Positions 48,451-60,781 of a stretch of DNA of 64,000 bases are shown here, one piece after another. The notes under the pieces are model-generated. The model worked only from the letters and a program-made list of their open reading frames with translations, ran no database searches and was not told the origin of the DNA. A program made the position numbers and the translations under genes. Origin of the DNA: Anthoceros angustus (Eukaryota; Plantae; Anthocerotophyta). How positions within the stretch are numbered: position 1 is the first letter of the stretch; the number at the start of each line of letters is the position of its first letter. The stretch covers positions 620,001-684,000 of the forward strand of contig MU008156.1 in assembly GCA_010909165.1 (NCBI GenBank), given 5' to 3'.

Positions 48451-49364
48451 AAGAAGATGTGGGTGAGATAGATGCTTGTTGCTGAGGGATGGCGAAGAAG
48501 AAGGGCAAGATTCTCATTGTAGGAGCCACAGGCTACATTGGGAAGTATATTGCCAGGGCCAGTGCGCTGGCAGGGAATCCCACATGGGTGCTTGTGAGGC
48601 CCGGTACCATGACCAGCACTGAGCCTGCCAAGGTTGAGGTGCTGGGGGTTTTCAAGGAGCTGAAGATCAAGATTTTGCAGGTCAGGAATCTGGTTGGCAG
48701 GGAGAGTTTTTGTGGCATCTGGGATATGGGGAGGTGTGTGACGAGTCGTTGGGTTGGGTGATGGGCAGGGTGACTTGAACGACCATGCCAGCCTCTTGGC
48801 TGCGCTGAAGCTGGTGAATGTTGTTATTTCCGCAGTGGGGTCACCACAGACAGCGGATCAGCTGAAGCTCATTGAGGCCATCAAGGAGGTGAACAAAGAT
48901 GAGAAGAAGATGTGGGTGAGATAGATGCTTGTTGCTGAGGGATGGCGAAGAAGAAGGGCAAGATTCTCATTGTAGGAGCCACAGGCTACATTGGGAAGTA
49001 TATTGCCAGGGCCAGTGCGCTGGCAGGGAATCCCACATGGGTGCTTGTGAGGCCCGGTACCATGACCAGCACTGAGCCTGCCAAGGTTGAGGTGCTGGGG
49101 GTTTTCAAGGAGCTGAAGATCAAGATTTTGCAGGTCAGGAATCTGGTTGGCAGGGAGAGTTTTTGTGGCATCTGGGATATGGGGAGGTGTGTGACGAGTC
49201 GTTGGGTTGGGTGATGGGCAGGGTGACTTGAACGACCATGCCAGCCTCTTGGCTGCGCTGAAGCTGGTGAATGTTGTTATTTCCGCAGTGGGGTCACCAC
49301 AGACAGCGGATCAGCTGAAGCTCATTGAGGCCATCAAGGAGGTGAACAAAGATGAGAAGAAGAT
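48451..49364 (+). repeat. Apparently exact 453-bp tandem duplication (48451-48911 / 48904-49364) covering exon 1, intron 1 and exon 2 of the reductase
   Basis: Identical ORFs at 48489 and 48942, with an 8-bp overlap AAGAAGAT at the junction. Confidence 0.95.
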
Positions 49365-50541
49365 TAAGGTAAATGTGCAGCAGTATGTCTGCATGTAGGA
49401 AGGTACGTATGGTGCATGAGACTCGTGCTCCAAATGTATCTGCTCGTGTGAACAGATGCCTTGAATCACATGACGGCAAACATTGTGCAACCTTAAAGAG
49501 CCGAGGTATGTGCCTCGATCAGAGTTTCGAATGGTTGGGGATGTGAGGGAGGACCTGATGCTTGTTTTTGGGTTTGGGCTTGTGCTTGTGTTGTGCAAAC
49601 GGGTTGACTTGAGTGGTTTCTTTTTCAGAGATTCTACCCTGCGGAGTTCTCTGCCATTGATGTGGAGCGTGCAACATGGCCGCCCTTCGACTGCCTGCAG
49701 AACCACTTCCAAACGAAGATGATGATTCGAAAGGCGCTACAGCAAGCAGGGATACCCTACACGTATCTGATCACTGGAGCCTTTGCGGGCAGGTTCTTAG
49801 CCAATCTTGGGCAAAGGAACTTTCTCGAACCTCCCAAAGAGAAAGTTGTGGTTTATGGAACAGGGGAAGTGAAAGGTGATGTCCAGTCACCTGTACAAAT
49901 CCTTGCATCTTCAGTTGCAAAACCTTGATGCGACTAAGACATGGCACCTATCCTTACAGCGGTCTTCATGGATGAAGAGGATGTGGCCACTTACACCATC
50001 AAGTCAGTAGACGATCCAAGAGCCGAGAACAAACTGCTCTACTTTCTTCCCAAGGACAATATCATGACCCAGAAAGCAGCCATCAAGATGTGGGAGGTCA
50101 AGAACCAGAAAAAGCTGGAGAAGGAGGAACTACCTGATGCCAAGTTCAAACAGCTCATTCAAGGTCCTGCTCTAAGTCCCTCGACCACTACAAACATTCC
50201 AAACCTTGTTTCTGCCGCTCTGAACTCACAAGGAGAAAGCCTGGATCCAATGTGTTTGCACAGATGTTCCGTACCCCGAGAACATCGCACAGGCTATGCT
50301 CTATACCATCTTCGTAAAAGGAGAAGGCTACCTGTATCAGGGCAAGACGTTTCCCCCACACGCAGTTGAAGTCACCGAACTGTACCCTGATGTGCGATAC
50401 AACACACCGAATGAAGTCTTCAACCGATTTTTGATAGCCTACTCTCCTTCAGGCATGGCGTTTGGCTTGTATACTAGCAGGACCAGCCCCTTAATCAAAC
50501 CTGGTCCTGTAGAGGAAGAAGAAGAGGACGCAGAGGAATAG
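48942..50541 (+). CDS. Isoflavone reductase-like / PCBER-PLR family (NmrA-like) reductase, 5 exons
   Basis: KILIVGATGYIGKYI, GDLNDHASL..VVISAVG, RFYPAEF, F..K..IRK, GIPYTY, EEDVATYTIKSVDDPR and ELYPDVRY. Confidence 0.92.
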
Positions 50542-50807
50542 TTCAGATCTAGCTTCGGTGTCGGAAGCATGAACAGTGCACTTCTGCTAAGCTGTGTATG
50601 TACCGACAAATATATGCAATCGTTTCTTCAACTTCACCGGAGAACTCGTCTCCGCATGCCAGCATGTGAGATGCATCTCAGCTGGTGAATTGAGCTGCGG
50701 GGGTGTGCTCCAAGACGACTACTCAAGTAAGTTTTCTAGGACTCGGATCGTGCTTGCCCTAATTTAGCCTAACGCCATTCCGCCATGCATCACAACAGAT
50801 AACAACA

Positions 50808-51416
50808 ATGGCGGCAAGCGTCTTCAACCTTTTCGTCATCAACAAATCGGGCGGCCTGATCTTCTACAAGGTAATCTTCATCCATCAAACGAGGTAGCAG
50901 GGGAAGTTGACGATTCAAGACAGAAAATGATCAAACCTGGTGCTGTGGACGCAGGACTATGGATCTACGGGACGGCTCGATACAAACGACAGCCTGAGAC
51001 TAGCCAGTTTGTGGCATTCTATGCATGCCATCTCTCAGCAGCTCTCCCCGACACTTGGCTGCACAGGCATCGAAATGCTGGAGGCTGATACATTTGATCT
51101 ACACTGTTTCCAATCACTCACTGGTAGGTTGCCTGTGCATGTAGGTTTTTTTTTGGTTCAGGAAATCCATTTGCAGAGTAGGTCTGTGCTCCCCCGAAAC
51201 TGAGGGCAACCATTTGGTGCAGGGACAAAGTTCTTTGTAGTTTGTGAGCCAGGCACTCCTGGCATGGATGTGTTGCTGCGGAATGTGTATGAGCTGTACA
51301 GTGACTACGTCTTGAAGAATCCTTTCTACGAAGTGGAGATGCCTATACGGTGTGAGCTATGGGAGCAAAACCTTGCTAATGCCGTACGCAAGGATAAGTT
51401 GGCAGCGACACGGTGA
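50808..51416 (+). CDS. TRS23: TRAPP complex subunit TRS23/TRAPPC4 (sybindin-like), 3 exons
   Basis: [15 protein letters not shown] / [33 protein letters not shown] / [32 protein letters not shown]. Confidence 0.95.
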
Positions 51417-51708
51417 ATCGTTCAACGTCCCACGCTGCTGCCTGGCCGAGGCTTCTTCGACCAACAAAACATTTGCGTACGTTTGTTCCTGTAAGATACC
51501 AGTCGGTCAGAAGGTCCTCATGGCAGGAACGTTGAAGTGTGGCTGTAAGATGCCAGTCGGTTAGAAGGTCCTCATAGCAGGAAAGTTGAAATCTGGCCAA
51601 CATAGGTTTTGCAAAAAGCAGATAGCCATAGCTTCTTAGAATCGTCTCTCGGGTGTAAATTGTGTAAACCCCCTCCATTGAAAGGAAAAAGAGTGGTGAA
51701 GCTGTGTC

Positions 51709-53167
51709 TCACACGGTGATTTCATAGACCACCCCTTCGTATGTTCCACCAGAAACGCGTCTTCTGGTCCCAGACGCTTCCTTCAACTTCATGTTGAAGC
51801 TGCATGCCCCTGCCAGCAGGGCTGCATCCATGCTGCACAGGATGTAAACCAAGCAAATTAGGTTTCCAAGCATGTGTGACTTGGTCTTGTAACAAATCCG
51901 CTACTGCTGGAAGTTCCACACCTGCGAGATCTTGAAATGTAGGCAAGAATGAAGGTGCAGGCCCCTTTGGAGCGCAAGCTCATCAGCTGCTGAACTGTCC
52001 TGAAGAGCAGAGGGATGCTGTCTTGATAATAGCGTGATTCCTGTCTTTGTCAAGGAACCAAGCTCTTACTGAGCAGCATAGCATGCCTATGAGCTTCCAA
52101 GCAACAACACATACGTGCACGCTCTTCCGCAACATGTTGAAGGATATAGATATCAGCTCCCAGGATAATGTCAAAACCTTCAGGGTGACTTTCTGCAATC
52201 AACTTAAGATGTGCTTCACTGCCCCATTCCAACTTTCGGCACTCCACACCTATGAAGGACTCTGCGTGAGAAACAACCTCCCAAGCGTACAATTCACGCA
52301 CCGTACAGTCCAAAATACAAGGAAAGCAACAATATCTCACTTGCAATTGGGCCAGAAGACGAATCCACAGCTTGTAGCTCAATATTCCTCTCCAGAACCT
52401 GCTTACACAGAAGCTAATGTGCGGTGACCATACAGGACTTCCATGGATCAGCCACGCTACTGTGTGAAGCACACATGAGTTGCCCAGAGACTAATAGTAA
52501 GCAGCCCTACCCGAAGAACAACGTCATTGTGATCAGTCATGACCACTTTCCGGCAGAAATGGGCACACAAGAGTCCCGTAAGTCCTGCCATATCACCAGC
52601 ATGTGCCACCATTGTAAGTCTCAGCCCTATCCTACAATCCATAATTGAGCTTCACCATTCCAGGAAATAGGTTCAGTCCACATAGCAACTATCATCAAGC
52701 AAGCAGTACCATCAGGGATAGAAGCCACAGACCAACGCCGGAACCTAGCTCAATTGTATCCAGCTGTGCCATGCTTTTGGAGTGCTCCCACAGATAGTCA
52801 TTCAAGAGCTCTGCTCCAGGCCATATAAGTTGACCAGTAAGGTCATAATCGGCTGCTCAAGAATTTGAACGTGGGAGCACGTCAGCAGCAAGGAGTATCA
52901 AAGGGCATGAAATACGAAGTAAACAAGCACACGTACTTGACGAGGATTGCAGACACAAAACCTCCAGTTTGTGAGGTCCAAAGGTGTAGACTCTACTGAC
53001 ATAGCTGCACAACAACCAGGACCGTCAAGTAGCATGTTGTCCACAGCCCAAAAAATAACAGCACCATTAGCAGTCCAGTGTGACGGGAAAACAGGCAATA
53101 CAGACCTTTCGTCAATGAAGAACGAGCCGTCCAGGGAAACAGGTGAGTCTGGCTCGCCATCTGCCAT
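51709..53167 (-). CDS. Class I SAM-dependent protein lysine methyltransferase (METTL21/Methyltransf_16-like), multi-exon
   Basis: SFFIDE, LCLQSSS, DYDLTGQLIWPGA, IELGSGVG, FCRKVVMTDHND, KLEWG and FDIILGADI; last exon ends EGVVYEITV*. Confidence 0.88.
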
Positions 53168-53624
53168 GGCCGGTGACTCCTCGGGCTCGTCTTCCGGGAA
53201 ATTCCAGTTTCGGACTTGGTGCTACGAGAGTAGAACACGTCGTCTTCTGCCCTAATCTATATATCCAGACTCCTGTTCGCATTCAACGCTAGCTGGATTT
53301 ATTGTTCGTGAGGTTATGGTTGGATCCCTTTCCTGGTGCCAAAGGTGTGCCGGACTGATCCTCGAATTGCCGTAACAGTTTTCTGCTAATTTCTGCGATT
53401 GCGGAGGGAAGATCGGAGAGGAGCTCTGGCCGGTGGTGTTGTTCAACTGGCAACAGTTGTCGTGCAGCCTAGTGGCTCGGAATTCGGTGGTGAATTCCTG
53501 AAGGTGGTATCGTAAATCGGACAGATGCTGCCCTCTGTGGAGTAAAGCGTCCGCGTGGGATTGGAAAGTGATTTTGTGGCCAAATGATAGCACCGAGGTT
53601 GAGCTGAATCATCTGGCGGCAACC

Positions 53625-54239
53625 ATGAGTGAAGCAGGGCTGCTTCGCGTTTGCGGGGCTTGTCCTTCGCAAATTCGCATGTCCAGCACATCTGTTCGGC
53701 AGACACAGACTAGAATTGTCTGCATGAAGAGACCGGTATGCCTCGTAGCTGGTGTTTGGATTGCTTGATGCATGGGTGTTTTCAGCACAGGGCGGGAATT
53801 CCCTTGCGGATAAGTTCTGCTGGCGGACTCATGCTTTTGCGTACAGGTGGTTACCTGCCAAGCTGAACAGCAAACTATCCAGCACCAAAACGCTGTGGCG
53901 AACAAGGCTCCTGCTGAATGTAACGATACCACTGCTTACATCTTGGCGCTTGCAATCGATGTTGTTTTCCATTTTTTGAATTTCTTGCGATGGATCTCCA
54001 TGTTTTCCTTTTTTGCAGCTAAGGCGTCGGCTCCAAAGATTGACGATGGCGGGAGTGGTCTCCCCCCTCGAGACGGTGGTGGTGGAGGTGGTGGTGGTGG
54101 TGGCGGTGGTTGGGGTGCAGGAGGATTCTTCTTCTGGGGGTTACTGCTTTTTCTAGGGTTCATGAGGGATAAGGAGAACGACAAGCCCTACAAAGGGAAG
54201 AATGCGTTCAAGAGGAAGAAGAAGCTGTCCCCAACGTAG
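53625..54239 (+). CDS. Small protein with a transit-peptide-like N-terminus, poly-Gly tract and a single C-terminal TM segment (likely plastid)
   Basis: Exon ..KIDDGGSGLPPRDGGGGGGGGGGGGWGAGGFFFWGLLLFLGFMRDKE.. preceded by an S/R/A-rich exon. The start and intron are approximate. Confidence 0.6.
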
Positions 54240-55183
54240 TCCGTCCACCATATTGCACCACATAGTTTTTATCCTCGGCAGACTTAAGCCTTGTAACCCT
54301 TCACTTTCTTAGCTTTGAGCTTGACTCACTCAGCTGAATTCCAGGAGGAGTGTGCATGAACGTACATACTATGTGCGAGGACATGAAGGATGGTAAGAAG
54401 AGACCCCATTGGTTTTTGTAATCGCGACTTACTGTACGCATCTTTAACTGGCGGTTCACGTTTGCCGAGCATAGTTATAGAGCAAGTCGTGTCTGTTACT
54501 CAAATTTGGAGGGAAATGGAGCTTTTTGCAAGGACGTAGATGTCCGTTATGCTCAACTCTAGAGCAGAAGTGCAGCGCTTGTGAACTGTGGTATTTCCCA
54601 GAGTTGAGAGCAAAGTGGAGTTGGATAGCCGGACGTAAGGTTGAGCTTATAAAGGGTTGGCATCGATTGCCTTCCCTTCCCTTGTGATTTCTTTACCTCC
54701 TAAGTGAGTTAACTACGGTCCGAGCTTCCCAATTTGAAGCCATTTAAAAATATCTATAGCCTGTCTACGATCTGCGTCTCTATCACTTGTCTCTATTCAA
54801 TCTGAGCAGCTAGGAGATTAATAAGGCGTGCACAGCCAGAATTACAGCAGTTACTTTTGAGGCCAGCGACAGCAGGGAAAGCAGAACCCTTTGAAGGTGC
54901 AGCCCCCCTGATCGACGCCGTGCAGCAAGCTTTTTGGGCTCCACCTTCGGTAGTTGGGGAGCCACGTCGTCAGACCTCGTTCAAAGACAGCAGCCAATGA
55001 CCAGCTCTGTCGTGCTTGCCCTGGCGCATACAAGGCCTCAAGCAATCCTGTCCGGAAGTGCACCACTTCACCAGAGGCTTTCTTCACCGTTCTCCAAGTG
55101 TGCCTGGGGAGCGCCTGCTGTCAACCTCCTAGTAGCTCATAGTACTAATTGGAAAAAAGTGGTAAGGGTCATGTCACAGCTTG

Positions 55184-55569
55184 TCAGTCTTGCGACACAG
55201 GGACAGCAGGAGCTCCAGTTCTGCACGGGGTCGGAGACTCCCTAAGCACCTGCTCGTTGATGACTACCCCAAACGTCTCATCGCCATCCACGGGATCAAG
55301 AGGCGGCATGGACAAGACACTGTAGGTCGAACTTCCCCTGCGTATGTCTTTAATAGTTTTGAGAGCAGCCACTGCACTCCTGTAAACCCCATCCAGGTTA
55401 TCACCCAAAGGCAGCACCCCATCTCCATGTCCACCAGCAAGCCCTCTGGATACGGTGTCCTCCAACGCCGGAGAGTTGGCCCCATGCAGTCCATTGTCAC
55501 TGTCGGGAGAATTAACCGCCATCGGGCTGTCCGCACCCTGATCCGCAGCAGCCTGAGCATGAACCTGAA

Positions 55570-55614
<45 letters not shown>

Positions 55615-56647
55615 CCTCCTGCGGCTGCGGTGGAAAGAAGGAAGAAAGATTGCTCTCGCAGTCCTTCACTAGCTGAGACAAGAGCTCGGTGGTGAAAAAC
55701 GGCTGATGCAAGACCATCTGTATGAAAGGCATCCGCAACACCCCGCCCGTCCACTTGTCATGCTTCTTGAGAATCTTCACCAAACCAGTGTAGTTAAGAG
55801 AGCTGTAGGTCTCCAACAACACCATCTCTCCGTGGAACGCGATCATATCGGTGTAGATGGTCGTCATCTCCTTCACCTCCTCCTCGGACAGCGCTTCCCG
55901 GTTGGCCGTCTGCTTCCTAAACCGCTTAGTCCTCTCCTTCAGTTCCTGCACAATCCGCATCACAACATGAGCAAACTCACGCAAACACCAACCGCTTCCA
56001 GCACAAACAAGAAAGCCCGTCCACAGCCACACCTGCCTAAACCTCGCAGCCACACTCACCTTCAGCTTGATGACATAATCCTCCTCCTTCTCGACGAAGA
56101 AGGCGTTGAACTTATCCAACTCCGCGTTCAACAAGCTAATAAACTCCACCTGGTCCCCGGACGCACCCCCGTTCCGCTCAACCCCCCCCTCTCCATCCAC
56201 GCCAGCCTCCCTCGCCTTCCGCTTCCCTCCCCGCGGCGCCTCCACCCCCTCCGACTCCCGCGACACCACCTCCTCCTCCTCCCCTGCGTCCTCCATCACA
56301 ATATCCCCGCACGCAGACCCGGACACGGACCCGGACCCCGACGCCGACCCGGCCCGGGACCCCTGCTCCATCCGCCGCTTCCTGCCCCTGGCCTCCGGCA
56401 CCCCAGGCAGGCGCAGCCCATTCTCGTAGTGTCCAATCTCGCTCCCGTTCCGCAGCCTGCTGTCCACCTTGGCCACGTCCGAGTCCAGCGCCTCGTCCGC
56501 GGGGATGAAAGCCACCTCCGCAAAGCAGTCGGGCGCGGATTTCAGCAGCTTCAGCCGCTTCTTCAGCTGCTTGTACGCCACGAACTTGTCCCGCCACTCC
56601 GGCAGCGTCTCCTCCAAATGAATCTTGAGCTGCTTCCCGAACTTCAT
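55184..56647 (-). CDS. SPX: SPX-domain protein (SPX1/2/3-like phosphate-signalling regulator); intron 55946-56059
   Basis: MKFGKQLK..LPEWRDKFVAYKQLKK, FISLLNAELDKFNAFFVEKEEDYVIK, FHGEMVLLETYSSLNYTGLVKILKKHDK and VLHQPFFTTE; (GCTCAG)n encodes an AQ repeat. Confidence 0.96.
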
Positions 56648-56868
56648 CCTCCCCGCCTTCTCCCTCCCGGACTCACTCCCCGCAGCCCCGAGCACCAGCG
56701 CCCTCCGCAGGGCCCAAGACGCTCGAAACGATTCACCCGCGCAGCGCAAAGGCGACGCGATCGGCGAGCAAGGGGCACGGCAGGGCAGGGCATGTCTGGC
56801 AGCTGAGCGTCCAGGCGCTGCATAAAGAGCAGACCGCCGCGAGTCCAGCATCTGCAGCAGCATAACCC

Positions 56869-58748
56869 GAATATCCTATCCGCAGTCGGTTAATTTTCCA
56901 GCTTCCGCCCTGCGCTTTTGGGCCAGAATATTCTGTGGGGCTGGCTTCCCAGTACGGTAATAATATACGGCAAACAGGCGGCATATTCCGGTTTCCCAAT
57001 CATCCACCCCGGTCACCCGGTGGCCGGATGCCGCCGGATATCCGCCTATAATCACCTTTATTCTAGCCTACATCACGCACATGTGGAGTAACGTACCAGG
57101 ACCCCAGGAAGCGCCCAATACGACCCGCCGCATATGCTCCACATATGCAGCCTCTTGTCATAGCAAACCAGCGTCGTCTCCCGCCTGGCGCAGGACATAG
57201 TGTATGGAGCACGACGAGCCTGTCAACGACGGTGGCCAGATATTTGTGTCGCGGCAAGTGCAGTAAACAACATTTGCTACATGGCCGCTCACGAACTTCA
57301 CTCCGGACTTCGATAATATAATAGACGCGTCAATGCAATATGCAATGCGGGGCGTCTGTTCGTCCGTGCCTTCTTCCGATGATGGTGGGAAGCGGCGTTC
57401 GCAGCCGCATATCCTCGGTTATATCCATTGGAGCGGCTGCTGCATAGGTTCTGGAACAGCATCCCCAGGCGGCGCCGCTGCTGCTTGCTTCCTCGAAGCT
57501 GCGGCCTGATTACCAGCTCCGCCTCAAGGGCTCAAGATGCTGCCAGTCGGGGCGACTTTGTCGCCATCGCGCTAAGTATCGTCGGGGAACCTAAACCCGC
57601 GTCCCGGAAGCCGGAACCGAGGTGTCGACTGTCGAGGTGTTGCCGAGGGGGGCAAATCTGAAGACGGGTGTGAAAATGATCCCGCGCGCGCGGGGAGAAC
57701 CGACACCGCGAGGCGCGGATTGTACGAGTAGTGCGTACGTGGGGGGCGGATATCCTCGGCGCCGTATGCGGTATACCCGGGTGACCGGCACGTGGCGGGA
57801 ACCGGGAGGGGGTGTCGGTCCACCGGCGGCCCGGGGCGTGGGCGGACCGTGTCCAGGCGTCCAGGCGTCCAGGCGGGGGGCTGACACCTGCTCTGGCTCT
57901 GGGGTGGGCAGTTCCGGGGCCCGCCCGCGCCGACGTCAAGCGCTCTCTCCTGCAGCGCTTGGGGAGGCGTTGGATGCATGTGACGAGACGCGACTCGGCG
58001 AGCGTGTCACGATTCACGACTTTATCACGACCGGACTCGCACGCTCCTGGCATCCTGCCCGCGGCATATGCCGGGTGCGGGAGCGGGGTTTCGCTGGGGT
58101 TGGTGAGGTGCATTCATGGCGGGTTGTTGGGAACGCACGCTGCAAGAGGAACAGCCGGCGCGAGACCCCAGCGCGGGCTAGGGTTTCATCTCGTTTCAGT
58201 TCATTTCACCAGGCACGCTTCGTACTGTAGGATTGGTTGTGGATACGTACATCCTGCGGACGGACGGACAGGCAGGCAGGAAGACAGGGCAGGTGGATAG
58301 TCTCGCTTGCCATCGGCTGTGATGACACGAGCGAGCCAGGCTGCCTGCCTGCCCGCTGCCGCGGCCTCTTGTGTCATTGGGCCAGCTGGGGTGCGGGGAC
58401 AGGCTGCAGGGAGAGAGTACGTACAGTACTGTCGTTGGTGTGAGGCTGTGAGCCTGTGAGGCGGGAGGGGAGGTGCTGTAGTGTTGCACCGCGTTCTGTG
58501 CGTTATGGATGTGTGTGTGTGTATGTACATGTCTGTGCATGATAGTCCAGGGACGGGAAAGGTGCCATCCACGCCGGGCTGGTCAATGTGTGCTGTTGGC
58601 TCCGTGATGCGGATATCTATGGATCTAGCACGGCTCGGTGCTGTGGGTGGCGGGCACAGCGGCCTTCTTACAGGACGGTTGGGATCCATCGGGAATAGTG
58701 TTAGGGATCGGAATAGGGAATCGCGGCTCGCCCTTGTACAGTATATCC
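56869..58748. promoter_or_regulatory. Cluster of nine P1BS (GNATATNC, PHR1-binding) motifs upstream of SPX
   Basis: Exact matches at 56869, 56926, 56981, 57036, 57130, 57407, 57748, 58064 and 58741. Confidence 0.85.
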
Positions 58749-59044
58749 GTGTGTTCTGCCCGGCTTGGTCGCGCACATGCTGCTTGTGACGCCGCGTGGG
58801 AGAGATGGTCGTGCCTGGAGGGTGGAACCGGCAAGAAAGCAAAAGAAAAGCAGATGAAGCCGAGGCTTGTCCTATCTGGTTCGTAACGGACTTGACAGCG
58901 GAGTACCCATCTTGGTCACAGCCTGCGTTACTCCTCCGCGTCATCTCCGTGCACGACAGCTTCTCCTTGCCACTCAGGGTTTGCGCCTCGGTGGCCGCAC
59001 GTCTATATTTTTCTGGGGATTTTCGGACCGTTCCTTGTGTTATC

Positions 59045-60050
59045 CAGATTTAGGAACTCCTCGGCATGCAGAAAAACCCGATTGTTCAGAAGGCCGTAGA
59101 TGTTGATTGCGTCCACCTTCCTTGAATTCACCTCGTTGACGTTCTGTCCGATGGGATGTTGAGTCCCCCATCTGATCACCTGAACAAATGGTCTGCATGG
59201 CTAGTAATCCCTCTAGCCCAACTGTCAGGCTCAGATTCGAACCCTCCACAGCTCCGGCGGTCTGTGTGTGGCCGGGTTGAAGGTCTCACATTCAAGTTTT
59301 CAACTTCCATTCCTTGTCCCTACGTTCGCAATGGAAGCCAAATTATCATTTAAGATGGTGACACATCTTGAGCTTGCTTTGGCAACCTGTGTTCCAGCCA
59401 TACCCGTTGCTAGTCCAATGGATCCCTGCAAACATGAACCTGCAGCATAGGTGTGCTGTTCTAAGTACTGTGCAACGTCAAAGTGCAATCGGTTTGCTCC
59501 GTTTGACTCCCGCTGTTGGGCTAGACACATTCAGTTGGCCAAGCCCAACAGCTTCAGTTGGCCAGGACAGAACCTCGTGGAAGTGCAGCCGCATGATTTG
59601 TGCCAGGAGCAGTCAGAGCCACTATCTCCCCCGCATCTCATGACCAAAGAATTCCGCTTACAACAATCTACCTGAATTGATGGCGGACATGCCTGTTGCT
59701 GTTGAACCTTCATGGCTCTGAACCCCTTGCCCTCAGTGGCTGTTCCACTCTGTTAGGATCCCATATTCAGCTGCAATGGCCTTTGCTGTGATCAGGTTGT
59801 CTCCACCTAGCATTCGGACCTAACAATCTAGCGTTAGGAACAGCTTGAAGGTAACATGTTTTTGTGCAGTTGCACGTCGTCTGAGCATTGTCCCAGCACG
59901 CTGCATCACGAGAGCTTTATGACGGTGGACATCACGATTGCAACATGCTAACCTTTCACACATTACCTATTTTGACCCGATTTAAGCGAAACAGGTAGGA
60001 CTGGGACCTTGATCCCTGCCCCATGACACTGAAAGACAACTGGTTGGCAA
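59045..60050 (-). pseudogene. P2B-type Ca2+-ATPase (ACA8/9/10-like) pseudogene fragment
   Basis: Degenerate GIKVPVLP (GIKDP.RP), QRAG/VRMLGGDNLITAKAIAAEYGILT, VALTAPGTNHAAAL, IGLATGMAGTQVAK..ILNDNLASI and NEVNSRKVDAINIYGLLNNRVF, with frameshifts and internal deletions. Confidence 0.82.
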
Positions 60051-60781
60051 GGTTATTTTTTCCCCACAATTACGATCACCGTCTACGATGCCACCTCTCA
60101 GCACACCCAAGCCAGATCCCTGTCTGGGATGCCACCTCCCAAGACACCCAAGCCAGCCAGTGAGCCAACACACAGATCAAGACAGAACACTTCAAACGGC
60201 CAGCTGCCGCTTTCGTTCAAGCGTTCAAGCCTTGAACAGTGTCCTGAGTTCTGGATGATGAACACTCAGGCGACAATCTTCTCAAAAAAATCTGAGATTT
60301 GGAAATATCTATAAACTCGGATATAGGTAGTTTATATTGATTTCTTCAAAAGACAGGCTCATGGAAAAAAAAGTGGAAGGCTGGAACCTTGGATGCACAT
60401 CGTCACCAGAGAGAGAGAGAGAGATCAACATTGGGGAAAAGTGAAAAACTGTAATGAGATAATAAAGCCTCCAATATCGATGAAAGAGATACTATTCTAT
60501 ACTCTATGTAGTTGTATGGTCTTTGAATTTGAATATTTATCTGTTCTACTTTTTATGTATTTAATATTTTATTAAGATTAAAAGCTCTCATAAAAAATAT
60601 TATGTTATATACAACGTCAACATGAATGAACCTATCCAACAAAAAGACACCTTAAAGACCCTAGGGTCAAAGTAAGGGTGTGGAGACTTTATAAAAAGGA
60701 CAAGATGGGAAATCCCATCTACCTAGGCGAAAGGGGACAACCCACGATGGAGCACCAAGCCAAGGGGGACGTGCTCCCGCA

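Noticed and set aside
57428-58944. Several 100-250-aa GC-rich ORFs upstream of SPX
   Set aside because: No family motifs or consistent exon structure; better explained as GC-rich regulatory DNA.
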